This document shows positions 53,540 to 64,000 of a stretch of 64,000 nucleotides of DNA, one piece after another (within the stretch, counting starts at the first letter, position 1; each line of letters opens with the position of its first letter). This stretch comes from Octopus vulgaris. Lineage: Eukaryota. The notes beneath the pieces are model-generated. The model was given only the letters and a program-made list of their open reading frames with translations. It was not told where the DNA came from and ran no database searches. Position numbers and translations under genes: made by a program. Location: NCBI GenBank assembly GCA_951406725.2, contig OX597830.1, positions 65,720,001 through 65,784,000 on the forward strand, read 5' to 3'.

Positions 53540-53889
53540 TTGTGGCTGTGTGGTAAGTAGCTTGCTTATGAACCACTTGGGCAAGTGTCTTCTACTATAG
53601 CCTTGGGCTAACCAAAGCCTTGTGAGTGGATTTAGTTGATGGAAACTGAAAGAAGCCCATTGTATAAATGTATGTATATATGTATGTGTGTGTATATGTT
53701 CGTGTGTCTGTGTTTGTCCCCCCAACATTGCTTGACAACCAATACTGGTGTGTTTACGACCCCGTAACTTAGCGGTTCAGCAAAAGAGACCGATAAAATA
53801 AGTATTAGGGTCGATTTGCTTGACTCAAGTCGGTGCTCCTGGGGTACTCTTAAATGGGCTTCTTTCAGTTTCCGTTTACCAAATCCACT

Positions 53890-53928
<39 letters not shown>

Positions 53929-54137
53929 CTGTGTGTCTGTGTGTCTGTTTGTCCCCCCAACATCGTTTGACAATCGATGCTGGTGTGTTTACGACCCCAT
54001 AACTTAGCAGTTCAGCAAAAGAGACTGATAGAATAAGTACTAGGCTTACAAAGAATAAATCCTGGGGGCGATTTGCTCAACAAAAGGCGGTACCCCAGCA
54101 TGGCCACAGTCAAATGACTGAAACAAGAAAAAGAGTT
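53540..54137. mobile_element. Cluster of rearranged family A SINE pieces
   Basis: Family A segments on + with a short inverted piece near 53855-53890. Confidence 0.7.
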
Positions 54138-54397
54138 ATAATGTAAGCAAATGCAGATTAGTGATGGCAAAGTTTGATAAAGAGCCTACATTAGATGAAG
54201 CTCTTTTCACAGTTCTTTGACCATACTTGATAAAAAAGTGACCCATGTGATCTCACAATTAAAACATTAAGGGCACATTCAAAATACTAACTATCATAAG
54301 AGACTGTTAAAAGCTCAACAAAAATGTATCTTATCTAGTTTGCAGTGATAGTTACACTAAATCAACCAGAGTGTGAGCATATCTGCAAACAAATTCC

Positions 54398-54874
<477 letters not shown>

Positions 54875-55254
54875 TTTTCACTTTTGTAGTTGTATTTACT
54901 TTTGTTTTCACTTTTGTAGTTGTATTTACTTTAAATGACATTGAAAAACTATGTTTTCAAAGTTACGTCAAGCTCCATATATGGATTTGCATTTGACGAA
55001 GTCAAACCTATCCTTAGAAATGCTGACAATACCAGAAATGTTGAAAAATGGACATTTGAGTTTGTGAAAAATCTTGACTTGATAGAGCAAAATGGATTTC
55101 ATTTTTAAAATCAACCCCCTAGACTTAGTAGGAAACATGTCTCCAACATCAGACAACGAAACCCCTGTTCCTTGTTCCCCAGTGTAATAATAACAATTTC
55201 TTTTATTATTCACAGGGACATAATAATGCATTATGCATTATAAGAGTGTTGAAT

Positions 55255-55480
55255 TGCTCCTTTGCAGGATGTGTCGCAGCAAAAATGAAACAGTCTCACA
55301 TATTGTGAATGAGTGTAGCAAATAGACTCCAAAAGAATACAAAAGGAAACATGATAAAGTAGTTAAGTGGTTTTATTGAAGTGTAAGAAGTGCAGTGTTG
55401 AAAGGACACTGAAATGGTGTGAACAGAAATCAAAAAGTGTCACCAAGAATGAGGGTCAGATTAATCCTTGGTTTGTGGGG
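55255..55480 (+). mobile_element. Degenerate RLE-type non-LTR fragment (zinc knuckle)
   Basis: CRMCRSKNETVSHIVNECSK*TPKEYKRKHDKVVKW. Confidence 0.6.
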
Positions 55481-55683
55481 TTCCTTGATTGGCCCTAGTT
55501 GTAGTTTCTTCTGTATCAGGAGGACTGCGTCATTCATGTTATCACAATACTTTGTATTCTATGTATATCTTGATTGCATTTCGTTGTCTTTTCCATTCCT
55601 TTTTATGCATCCTTATACATAAACTCCACACAAATTGTTGCCTGTTCTTTTCACATTCTCCCATTTATGTGGCTAATAAAAAA

Positions 55684-55733
<50 letters not shown>

Positions 55734-55835
55734 TTTGAAAGCCAGATGTCTTACCCAGAAACAAAACATCCTCTTCATTTATGTGACTAATAAAAAAAAT
55801 GCTGGCCTGTGACTCTAAGTCAGAAACAATTAATG

Positions 55836-56440
55836 AAGGCAGCGAGTTGGCAGAAGCTTTAGCGCGCTGGGAAAAATGCTTAGCGGTATTTCATCTGCCA
55901 CTACGTTTTGAGTTCAAATTCCGCCGAGGTCGACTTTGCCTTTCATCCTTTCGGGGTCGATAAAATTAAGTACCAGCTTCGCACTGGGTTCGATGTAATC
56001 GACTTAATCCGTTTGTCTGTCCTTGTTTGTCCTCTCTGTGTTTAGCCCCTTGTGGGTAGTAAAGAAATGGGTATTTTGCCTGTCTTAACGATCTGAGTTC
56101 AAATTCCACCGAGGTCGACTTTGCCTTTCATCCTTTCGGGGTCGATAAAATTAAGTACCAGCTTCGCACTGGGTTCGATGTAATCGACTTAATCCGTTTG
56201 TCTGTCCTTGTTTGTCCTCTCTGTGTTTAGCCCCTTGTGGGTAGTAAAGAAATGGGTATTTTGCCTGTCTTAACGATCTGAGTTCAAATTCCGCCGAGGT
56301 CGACTTTGCCTTTCATCCTTTCGGGGTCGATAAAATTAAGTACCAGCTTCGCACTGGGTTCGATGTAATCGACTTAATCCGTTTGTCTGTCCTTGTTTGT
56401 CCTCTCTGTGTTTAGCCCCTTGTGGGTAGTAAAGAAATAA
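55836..56440 (+). repeat. Family B SINE trimer: one head plus 3 x about 185-bp bodies
   Basis: GAGTTCAAATTCC recurs at about 55910, 56095 and 56280; AGAAACAAT on both flanks. Confidence 0.9.
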
Positions 56441-56621
56441 GAAACAATAAATAAAGATGGAATGATGGTAGAATTGTTAGAGTGTCTGGGAAAATGTTTT
56501 GCAGTATTTCTTCTCATCTTGTTGGTTGGGATCAACTTTACCTTTCATCTTTTGAGAGTTAATAAAATAAAGTACTTTGGAAGTATTTGTGATGGACATT
56601 ATGGGCTAAGTCCCACATATA

Positions 56622-56784
56622 GGCGCAGGAGTGACTGTGTGGTAAGAAGCTTGCTAACCAACCACATGGTTCCGGGTTCAGTCCCACTGCGTGGCATCTT
56701 GGGCAAGTGTCTTCTGCTATAGCCTCGGGTCGACCAAAGCCTTGTGAGTGGATTTGGTTGACGGAAACTGAAAGAAGCCTGTCG

Positions 56785-56815
<31 letters not shown>

Positions 56816-57043
56816 GTGTGTATATGTTTGTGTATTTGTGTTTGTCCCTCTAGCATTGCTTGACAACCGGTGCTGGTGTGTTTACGTCCCCGTCACTTAG
56901 CGGTTCGGCAAAAGAGACCGATAGAATAAGTACTGGGCTTGCAAAGAATAAGTCCCGGGGTCGATTTACTCGACCAAAGGCGGTGCTCCAGCATGGCCGC
57001 AGTCAAATGACTGAAACAAGTAAAAGAGCAAAAGAGTAAGAGT
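56622..57043 (+). mobile_element. SINE family A
   Basis: Full head, body and tail. Confidence 0.9.
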
Positions 57044-57118
57044 ATATCAAATTTACTGGGCTTGTGACTAAACCAGAAACTATTTTTTTCCTTCAGCACA
57101 TCATATTTTTAGTCAACG

Positions 57119-57214
57119 ATGGAAGCTGTTACCAGTTCTCTAAATAAAAGCATTCATGTTAAGAATCCTCCAACAAGTTGGCAGACAGAAGAGGATATTT
57201 ACAAAGAAGTTCAA
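57119..57214 (+). CDS. Candidate first coding exon (A) of the CARNS1-like gene
   Basis: Upstream acceptors ttttttccttcag and catatttttag; ACG-ATG-G context; MEAVTSSLNKSIHVKNPPTSWQTEEDIYKEVQ|gtaagt; phase 0 matches the exon at 60470. Confidence 0.6.
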
Positions 57215-57312
57215 GTAAGTATTTTCACACATTCAAATTCACACATATGTAACACATATAGACAGAAACATGCACATATAACATATGTATACACACACAT
57301 TTCTATTATCTA

Positions 57313-57713
57313 CTAGCAGTATCGCCCGGCGTTGCTCGGGTTTGTAAGGGAAATAACTATATAAGCATTTTTAGAGATGTAAAGTATAATAGCCATCTCA
57401 ATATGGCTAACCACAAAGGCGGGGGTGTTACTGTAGCTTTTTACGTTCTGAGATTTAATAATACATTTTTAGAGAGTTACTTCCCTTATATAAACCGAGC
57501 GAAAATGCATTAAAAATACGGAAAAATTATGGTAAATTTTTTTTTAAATCGTAGACTCATCGTAGACGTGCGCTAATACCCAGAAGGGCTCGATATGAAT
57601 CACGACTATAAGATACCCGGTTTTGGTTAAACTGCACTGCAAAATGTGGGAGTAGTTAGGAATCTAAATCGTAGGAGACAGACAGCACACAACCTCACTT
57701 TTATATATAAAGA
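57313..57713 (-). mobile_element. Non-autonomous Helitron (variant interior)
   Basis: TC 5' end, hairpin plus CTAG 3' end, A/T target. Confidence 0.9.
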
Positions 57714-58119
57714 TATCAACAGTTTTATTTGTCACGTGGTAGAAATTATGTTGGGCAAGCTTTAGTTGATTGTAATCATAAGGCTACCAACTTCTTGTAT
57801 AGCTGCAGGCCAACCAATACCTTATGAGTGAATTCAGTAAATGGAAACTGTGTGGAAGCTTGTTGTATATATGTATATTGTATGTATGTGTGTGATTCTT
57901 TATGTTTATGTTTGTCCAACTCGACTGTTTGACAACCGATGTGGGTTTGTTTATGTTCCAATTACTTGTGGTTTTGCAAAAGAGACCAATAGAATAAATA
58001 TCAAATTCACAAATAAGTACTGGGGTAAGCTAATGAACCCCTCCCCACAAGGTCTACGTTTAATCAGGCATTTGAGGATGAAATCCTCCGTCCCCTTTCC
58101 ACCTTCCTCCACTTCCTGC

Positions 58120-58570
58120 AAAATTCCAAGGAGGGGGAGTTGAAGGGGAGGAAGGACTTCATGGAAAAGTCTGAGTAGGGGGACTTCCTGGAAAATTCTA
58201 AAGAGAGGGGGTTGAAGGTAGGGAAGGGGAGGGTTTACTATCTGGAAAAGTCCAAGGAGGGGGAATTGAAGGGGAGGGAGTACTTCCTGGATAAGTCTGA
58301 ATAAGAGAACTACCTGAAAATTCTTGGGAGGGGATTTGAAGGGGAGGAAAGGGTGGGAGAACTACCTGGAAAAGTCCAAAAATGGGGACTTACTGAAAAA
58401 ATCCAAGGATGGGGGTTGCAGAGGAGGAAAGACTTCCTGGAAAAGTCTGAGGAGAGGGACTTCCTGGGAAGTCCTGAGGAGGGAAGGAAGTACCTCCTGG
58501 AAAAGTCCAAGGAGGGGGGACATCCTGGAAAATTCCAAGGAAGGGAGTTGAAGAGCAGGAAGGGGAGGGA
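58120..58570. repeat. G-rich degenerate minisatellite (GGGGACTTCCTGGAAAAGTCCAAGGAG-like)
   Basis: More than 10 imperfect copies of CCTGGAAAAGTC with G runs. Confidence 0.8.
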
Positions 58571-59021
58571 CTAAACTCTTCAAGGCAGTACCCCAGTATC
58601 ACCAGATGCTTAGGTTTTGTTTATGGTCAAGATATCTGATTTTCAAATGGACCAGTCTAATCCACCACATGACATTTACTCATTATACATTAACTCTTAA
58701 TGATGCGATTTCTCTTTCCTGGCCTCTCCTGTTATTTTCTATGTTTATATATCAACAATTGTTTATAAAAAAAAAAGAAAAAAGAGAAAAACTGATGCAT
58801 CGCTACTATTGTTAATCATGAAGCATTTGTCAGTCGGTTCATTTTCTGTCTTTGTTACTAACTCTCTCTCTCTCTCTCACTCACTCCCCCCCCATCCATC
58901 CATCCATCCATCCATCCATACATACATACATACAATCATACATATATATATATGCATTCACACACACGTATACACATCGAACCTAACAACAGAAGCTCGA
59001 TGATCCCTGCTCAGGAGAATT

Positions 59022-59250
59022 TCATCCATCCATCCATCCTTCCTTCCATCCATCCGTCCGTCCGTCCGTCCGTCCTTCCATCCATCCATCCATCCATCCG
59101 TCCGTCCGTCCGTCCGTCCGTCCATCCATCCATCCATCCATCCATCCTTCCTTCCTTCCTTCCTTCCGTCCGTCCGTCCATCCATCCATCCATCCTTCCT
59201 TCCTTCCTTCCTCCCATCCATCCATCCCTCCACCCAACCATCCATCCATC
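59022..59250. repeat. Compound (TCCA/TCCG/TCCT)n microsatellite
   Basis: Seen directly. Confidence 0.95.
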
Positions 59251-59748
59251 TAAATTCAAACACACAAATAATTTCTAACAGGCATTTCGTTTTAAACTCC
59301 CTCTCTCTGTCTATCCTACAGTGTCGAGTTTTGATTCTGGGTTGGTCTCTTGGGTTGGTTTTGATTCCGGGTTGACACAAATGAACTTTTGTTGTGTCCT
59401 TGAGAAATGTAAATACACCACATTGTTACATTGACTTGTTCTAAAATCTGTATGGGAGGTTGTCAGTTTTTATCCTCTCATCAATTCTGGTCAACTTGAT
59501 GAAAGGCATTCCAATTGATACCATCCTCAGGTTTCCTTTTTTTTCCCTATAAGAATTACATCCAGGATCATAATATTTTCTTAGATTGTAGGTTGTGATC
59601 TGAGGAAGATTAAGTTTCTATCTTTGCCAGGAAAAAATAGTCTCAAAGGGTTATGTAAATGTGTGAACAAAATTTTCAAGACATAATTTAAGACTAGAAA
59701 ATCCATACTAATGTTTGAGCATTTTGAAAAAATTCCTTACAAACAAAT

Positions 59749-59760
59749 ATGCTTTATCAG
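59749..59760 (+). CDS. Alternative candidate first coding exon (B) of the CARNS1-like gene (MLYQ)
   Basis: AAT-ATG CTT TAT CAG|gtaagt in phase 0; in-frame TGA upstream; acceptor ctatctttgccag near 59629. Confidence 0.4.
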
Positions 59761-59822
59761 GTAAGTTAAAGAATAATTTATTCTATTTTTTAAACTAAAG
59801 TTTCTACTTTAAAACAGAGTTG

Positions 59823-60044
59823 TTTACTCTTTTACTTGTTTCAGTCATTTGACTGTGGCCATGCTGGAGCACCGCCTTTAGTCGAGCTAATCGACCCCAG
59901 GATTTATTCTTTGTAAGCCTAGTACTTTTTTTATCGGTCTCTTTTGCCTAAACGCTAAGTTACGGTGACGTAAACACACCAGCATCGGTTGTCAAGCGAT
60001 GTTGCGGGGGGGACGGGGGACAAACAAAGACACACAAACATATA

Positions 60045-60122
<78 letters not shown>

Positions 60123-60288
60123 TACGACGGGTTTCTTTCAGTTTCCATCTACCAAATCCACTCACAAGGCTTTGGTCGGTCTGAGGCTATAGTAGAAGAC
60201 ACTTGCCCAAAGTGCCACGCAGTAGGACTGAACCCGGAACCATGTGGTTGGTAAGCAAGCTACTTACCGCACAGCCACTCCTACACCT
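59823..60288 (-). mobile_element. SINE family A
   Basis: Full reverse-complement copy. Confidence 0.9.
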
Positions 60289-60469
60289 ATTTTAAAAAAA
60301 ATTTTCCTTGTGAAGTATGCCAGTAATGTTGTTAGTTTCAGTGTACCACAAATCAAAACAGGTGAGAAACAATTATATAGAGGTATTCACGGTGGTTATT
60401 TTTGTTTAGAAAAACAGAGAAATTCGTTATATTTTCCATTTAATTTTCATTATTCTATTCCTGTTTTAG

Positions 60470-60836
60470 CAAGATGCTGAAGATACATGTCTTTTATGGA
60501 ATTACCAATCTTTGGAAGTTCCCGACATTTTATCAAGCATTAATGAAGAAATTCCACGACAATATTACAAAGCATTGCAGTATTCATTATTCGAAACCGG
60601 TTTCCCAGAGACGCAAGACAGAACATCCAAAGTTAAGGCTCTCTCCCATCAACAGGTTTCAATCACTGTTTTATCATCTCCTGTTGAATGTCTGAGTGTT
60701 TTGTTAGAAGGAGGCGAACAATGTCCTGGAAATATGCTCCTGGTTCTCTCAGATTCCTGGCTTAGCAAGGAACCATCTTCTACACAAAGTTCCAAATTCT
60801 CTTTGTACGTCAACAAGGCCATAGCTTTCTATAAAG
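60470..60836 (+). CDS. CARNS1: Carnosine synthase 1-like (ATP-grasp ligase), internal exon
   Basis: cctgttttag| ... YYKALQYSLFETGFPETQDRT...ITVLSSPVECLSVLLEGGEQCPGNMLLVLSDSWLSK...LYVNKAIAFYKG |gtaagt; resembles the vertebrate CARNS1 N-terminal region as I recall it (GLPETQDR, LLEGGVQSPGNMLLCLS, SKAVSF). Confidence 0.88.
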
Positions 60837-61164
60837 GTAAGTTGTTTAATCTGCTAATCTCGATTTCTGATCTCGTTTCCTTAATTCTCTCTCCATTGAA
60901 ACTGTTTTATCCACAGTTTTGGTATTTCACTCCTGTTTCTAAAGGATCAAGAAAATGTGAGGCACCTTCGCACTTGGCTAGGATGCTAGTCTCTCATACT
61001 TATTACTTACTTTAAATATATTTAATTTTCACTCATTGAAAAGTGGAGTTACATATTCATTGGATTACATAACGTGAGTGGCTGAGTACTCCACAGTCAC
61101 TTACATCTTAAAAGTAATCCTCAAAGTACCAACAATGTAACAGATTGTATTTCATTGATGGTGC

Positions 61165-61206
<42 letters not shown>

Positions 61207-61707
61207 ACCCATGCTAGCATGGAAAACAGACGTTAAACAATGATGATGATGATGATGTGTGTATAGTAAAATGGTGGAATGAAGAATTTGGGAAAATAGG
61301 TTACGTTCATTAACACTGTGTACAAACTCTATACTTGGAATGACCAATCTTAAATACTGTTGGAACTTACTCACAAGGTATTGGAATCTTACATGTATAC
61401 CATTCTGCCTAGATAATGGATCTGCAGATGCAATATCCCTGCACATCTCACATCTATTTTCATTCCTCCACTTCACTCATATCTTCTCTATAATAACTAT
61501 TACTTAACCATTTTCTCACACCGTCTTTGATGAAGGGATATATAAAATATCCCAGAAACAACTGTAAAACCTTCTATTTATAAATGTTCTAAAATCTTTC
61601 ACAGCCTTGGATTTTTATCTCATTCTGAAAATTTTATATATATGTATATATATATTTCGTTTTTTCCTTTTGTTAGCAAGATTCTTTAACTGTCCCCAGA
61701 CACAACA

Positions 61708-61751
<44 letters not shown>

Positions 61752-61871
61752 CTTAAATAATAAGGGTGAAAAATCAAATATTAATTTGATTAATATCAAT
61801 TTAAAACAGTGGTCTAGCATATTGAAAAATTTGAAGATTCAGAAAAATATATATATATAAATATATATATA

Positions 61872-61916
<45 letters not shown>

Positions 61917-62099
61917 GATAACCTATATAGTAGATATATAATGAGGGCAAATTTAGCTATTTCTCTATTGGTGGAAAAAATGATGAACAGCCTAAATCGA
62001 TTTTTGAACCTTATTCATTTCTTATCAGAGATGTGTACATCACTTTGTTGAATCTCAAAGAAACAACCACCCAATCTTGTTCATATACTCAATAAATTT

Positions 62100-63230
62100 A
62101 GCCGCTACAGAAAATAATACTTATTTTACGCTGGTATATAGAATTTTTAATTTTAGAGTTACTTGACATAAACTTAATTCTGTTGGAATTGACTTCAGAT
62201 ACAATAACCTTATCATCAATATTTCTAGAGGGATGGATGGTATTAGCTAGATTAATGTTAGCATTTGTAAATGTATTGATATTTAACAGTTTGTTATTAT
62301 GTGAAGAGATAATTTGTAAGAGATTTTTTGTGTTGGAAAAACCAATTCTAACTGTATGTGAATTGATAATAGAGTAATACCTAGAATTCTTTGGAAAATT
62401 CCTAACAACAGCTTGACGAAACAACAATGGGAGATTAGATTTAATTTGTCTCCCATATGGAAGAATTAACCAAATATTTAATTTAATTTGGCTAATACCA
62501 TCCATCCCTCTAGAAATATTGATAACAAGATTATTGTATCTGAAGTCAATTCCAACAGAATTACGTTTATGTCAAGTAACTCTAAAATTAAAAATTCTAT
62601 ATACCAGTGTAAAATAAGTATCCATAATAAAGTACGATTTTACATTGGAAGCACGTCGTTACAGTTATCTAAAATAATTTTTATCCATTACTCAACAATT
62701 ACGGATAGGAATAAATGTAACAGTACAAGGCTCAGTAAATTAATTTGGGATCTAAAAGACTATAATGAACAATTTAATTTAGAATGGTTGATTCTCTCAA
62801 TCTCGATACCTTATGATAAAAGCAAGGAATTCTGTCTTCTCTGAACTATTTTTCATTATTTTTTCGAAAAATCCCCTAGTAAATCCGATGTAAACATTGG
62901 CAAAAACACACCTTTAGTTCATATAAGTAATCTTTATCATTATATATAATTTAGACATTAATTTTCTTTTTATATTTAGCATTCACTAAAAAAATATCCC
63001 TCCTCTTTCTATAAGCTACTTCTGACGTTATATATAGCGTTTTTTCAAACAATATTAATAGCATTCAGTAAATCACTATACATATCCATCATTTTCTCTT
63101 AAAATGTCTTATTGATGAGTTTCATTTCTTCACTTCTCTGAAGAGAAGATTACATTGTTTTACACCATTTATTCCTTGGGAATAATATCAGTGAAATCTT
63201 CAAAACATGTTTCGGAAGTAAAAGTATTTG
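62100..63230. mobile_element. Penelope-like element remnant with an inverted segment (GIY-YIG region plus 3' terminal region)
   Basis: Minus: IWLILPY..IKSNL..F...V.RNFPKN...IINSHTVRIGFSNTKNL.QIISSHNNKLL; plus: IYQCKI....FYIGST...STRLSKLIWDLK....LEW.IL...PY...FC. Confidence 0.75.
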
Positions 63231-63416
63231 AATTATACCTGCATTAAACTCCATTCATTTATTTATATATTATACAAAAAATTCCACGTAAACCCGAAGT
63301 TTCTACCTTTAAAAACAAGGAGTTACAACCTCTTTGCTTGTGTGATTTTTTGCTACCCTGGTAACTATTTATCTATTTTTTCCATGTTAATTGTTAACGA
63401 GGGAAAAATACACTCA

Positions 63417-63484
<68 letters not shown>

Positions 63485-63693
63485 GCTGAGGATGACTCCA
63501 TTAATTAGGAGCAAGTTCCACACAATTTCTCTGGAGGAAATATACCACAAGGGTTTGAGCCAACGCAAAGTAGAATGTTGCATGGTGGTATTGAATTCCG
63601 GGGAACCTGATTGCCATAGAAAACTTCTTAACAGTTTGACTATACCTGGCAAAGAGCATCACTCATTCGTTTTTGCATGTTCTATTCCAACAG

Positions 63694-64000
63694 GGGGCTA
63701 CAGTTTCCTAGAGACGTATCAACCGCCACGTCGTGTGACTTACTTTGTCAATTTCTTCACGGCCAACTGCACTGGAAATGCACAGACGGAAGGCGAACAC
63801 CTTGAACAAAACTTGGACTGTCCTATGAGTAGCTCATTGAAGCTGTTGAGTTATACCGATAACAAACTGTTGACTCGAACATTGGCTGCCCAGGCTGGTG
63901 TACCTTATCCAACCACACTGGCGTTTATAAAACATTCTAACGTCGTATTGGATACGAGAGGGCTACAGATCACTGTCCAAGTCATACCAGAAAACATTTC
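63694..64000 (+). CDS. CARNS1: Carnosine synthase 1-like, next exon (runs off window)
   Basis: tctattccaacag| in phase 1; GYSFLETYQPPRRVTYF...LEQNLDCPMSSSLKLLSYTDNKLLTRTLAAQAGVPYPTTLAF, resembling CARNS1 (F.PPRRATYF, DL.CP, D.LLTR.L.AQ.GV.VP.TLAF). Confidence 0.88.

Noticed and set aside
54968-55190. Coding-looking stretch (SIYGFAFDEVKPILRNADNTRNVEKWTFEFVKNLDLIEQNGFHF*)
   Set aside because: No convincing splice sites and no recognisable homology; probably a decayed element.

Overview
AT-rich eukaryotic genomic DNA dense in repeats and microsatellites. The tRNA-derived SINE landscape looks like an Octopus (coleoid cephalopod) genome; this is an inference from repeat appearance, not a database match. 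Two host genes are supported. (1) The 5' part of a carnosine synthase 1 (CARNS1/ATPGD1)-like gene lies on + at the right end, with exons at 60470-60836 and 63694->64000 and two candidate phase-compatible first coding exons. (2) An unrecognised small secreted Cys/Tyr/Gly-rich protein gene lies on -, with exons at 10303-10120 and 6539-6452. The centre (about 29.2-52.5 kb) is a young macrosatellite of about 12 copies of a 1.75-1.95 kb unit built from transposon parts: a MITE carrying TTAGGG repeats, a SINE fragment, a complete non-autonomous Helitron and a head-to-head Helitron 5' stub. Its longer ancestral template is still visible just upstream (25.8-30.7 kb). Other content: a near-complete dead mariner, a Gypsy-type solo LTR, Penelope-like, piggyBac, pogo-like, Chapaev-like, CR1 and R4-like remnants, a Helitron-split tRNA-Met pseudogene, SINE-derived tandem arrays and an old inverted duplication. 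Most ORFs in the supplied track are artefacts of repeats.
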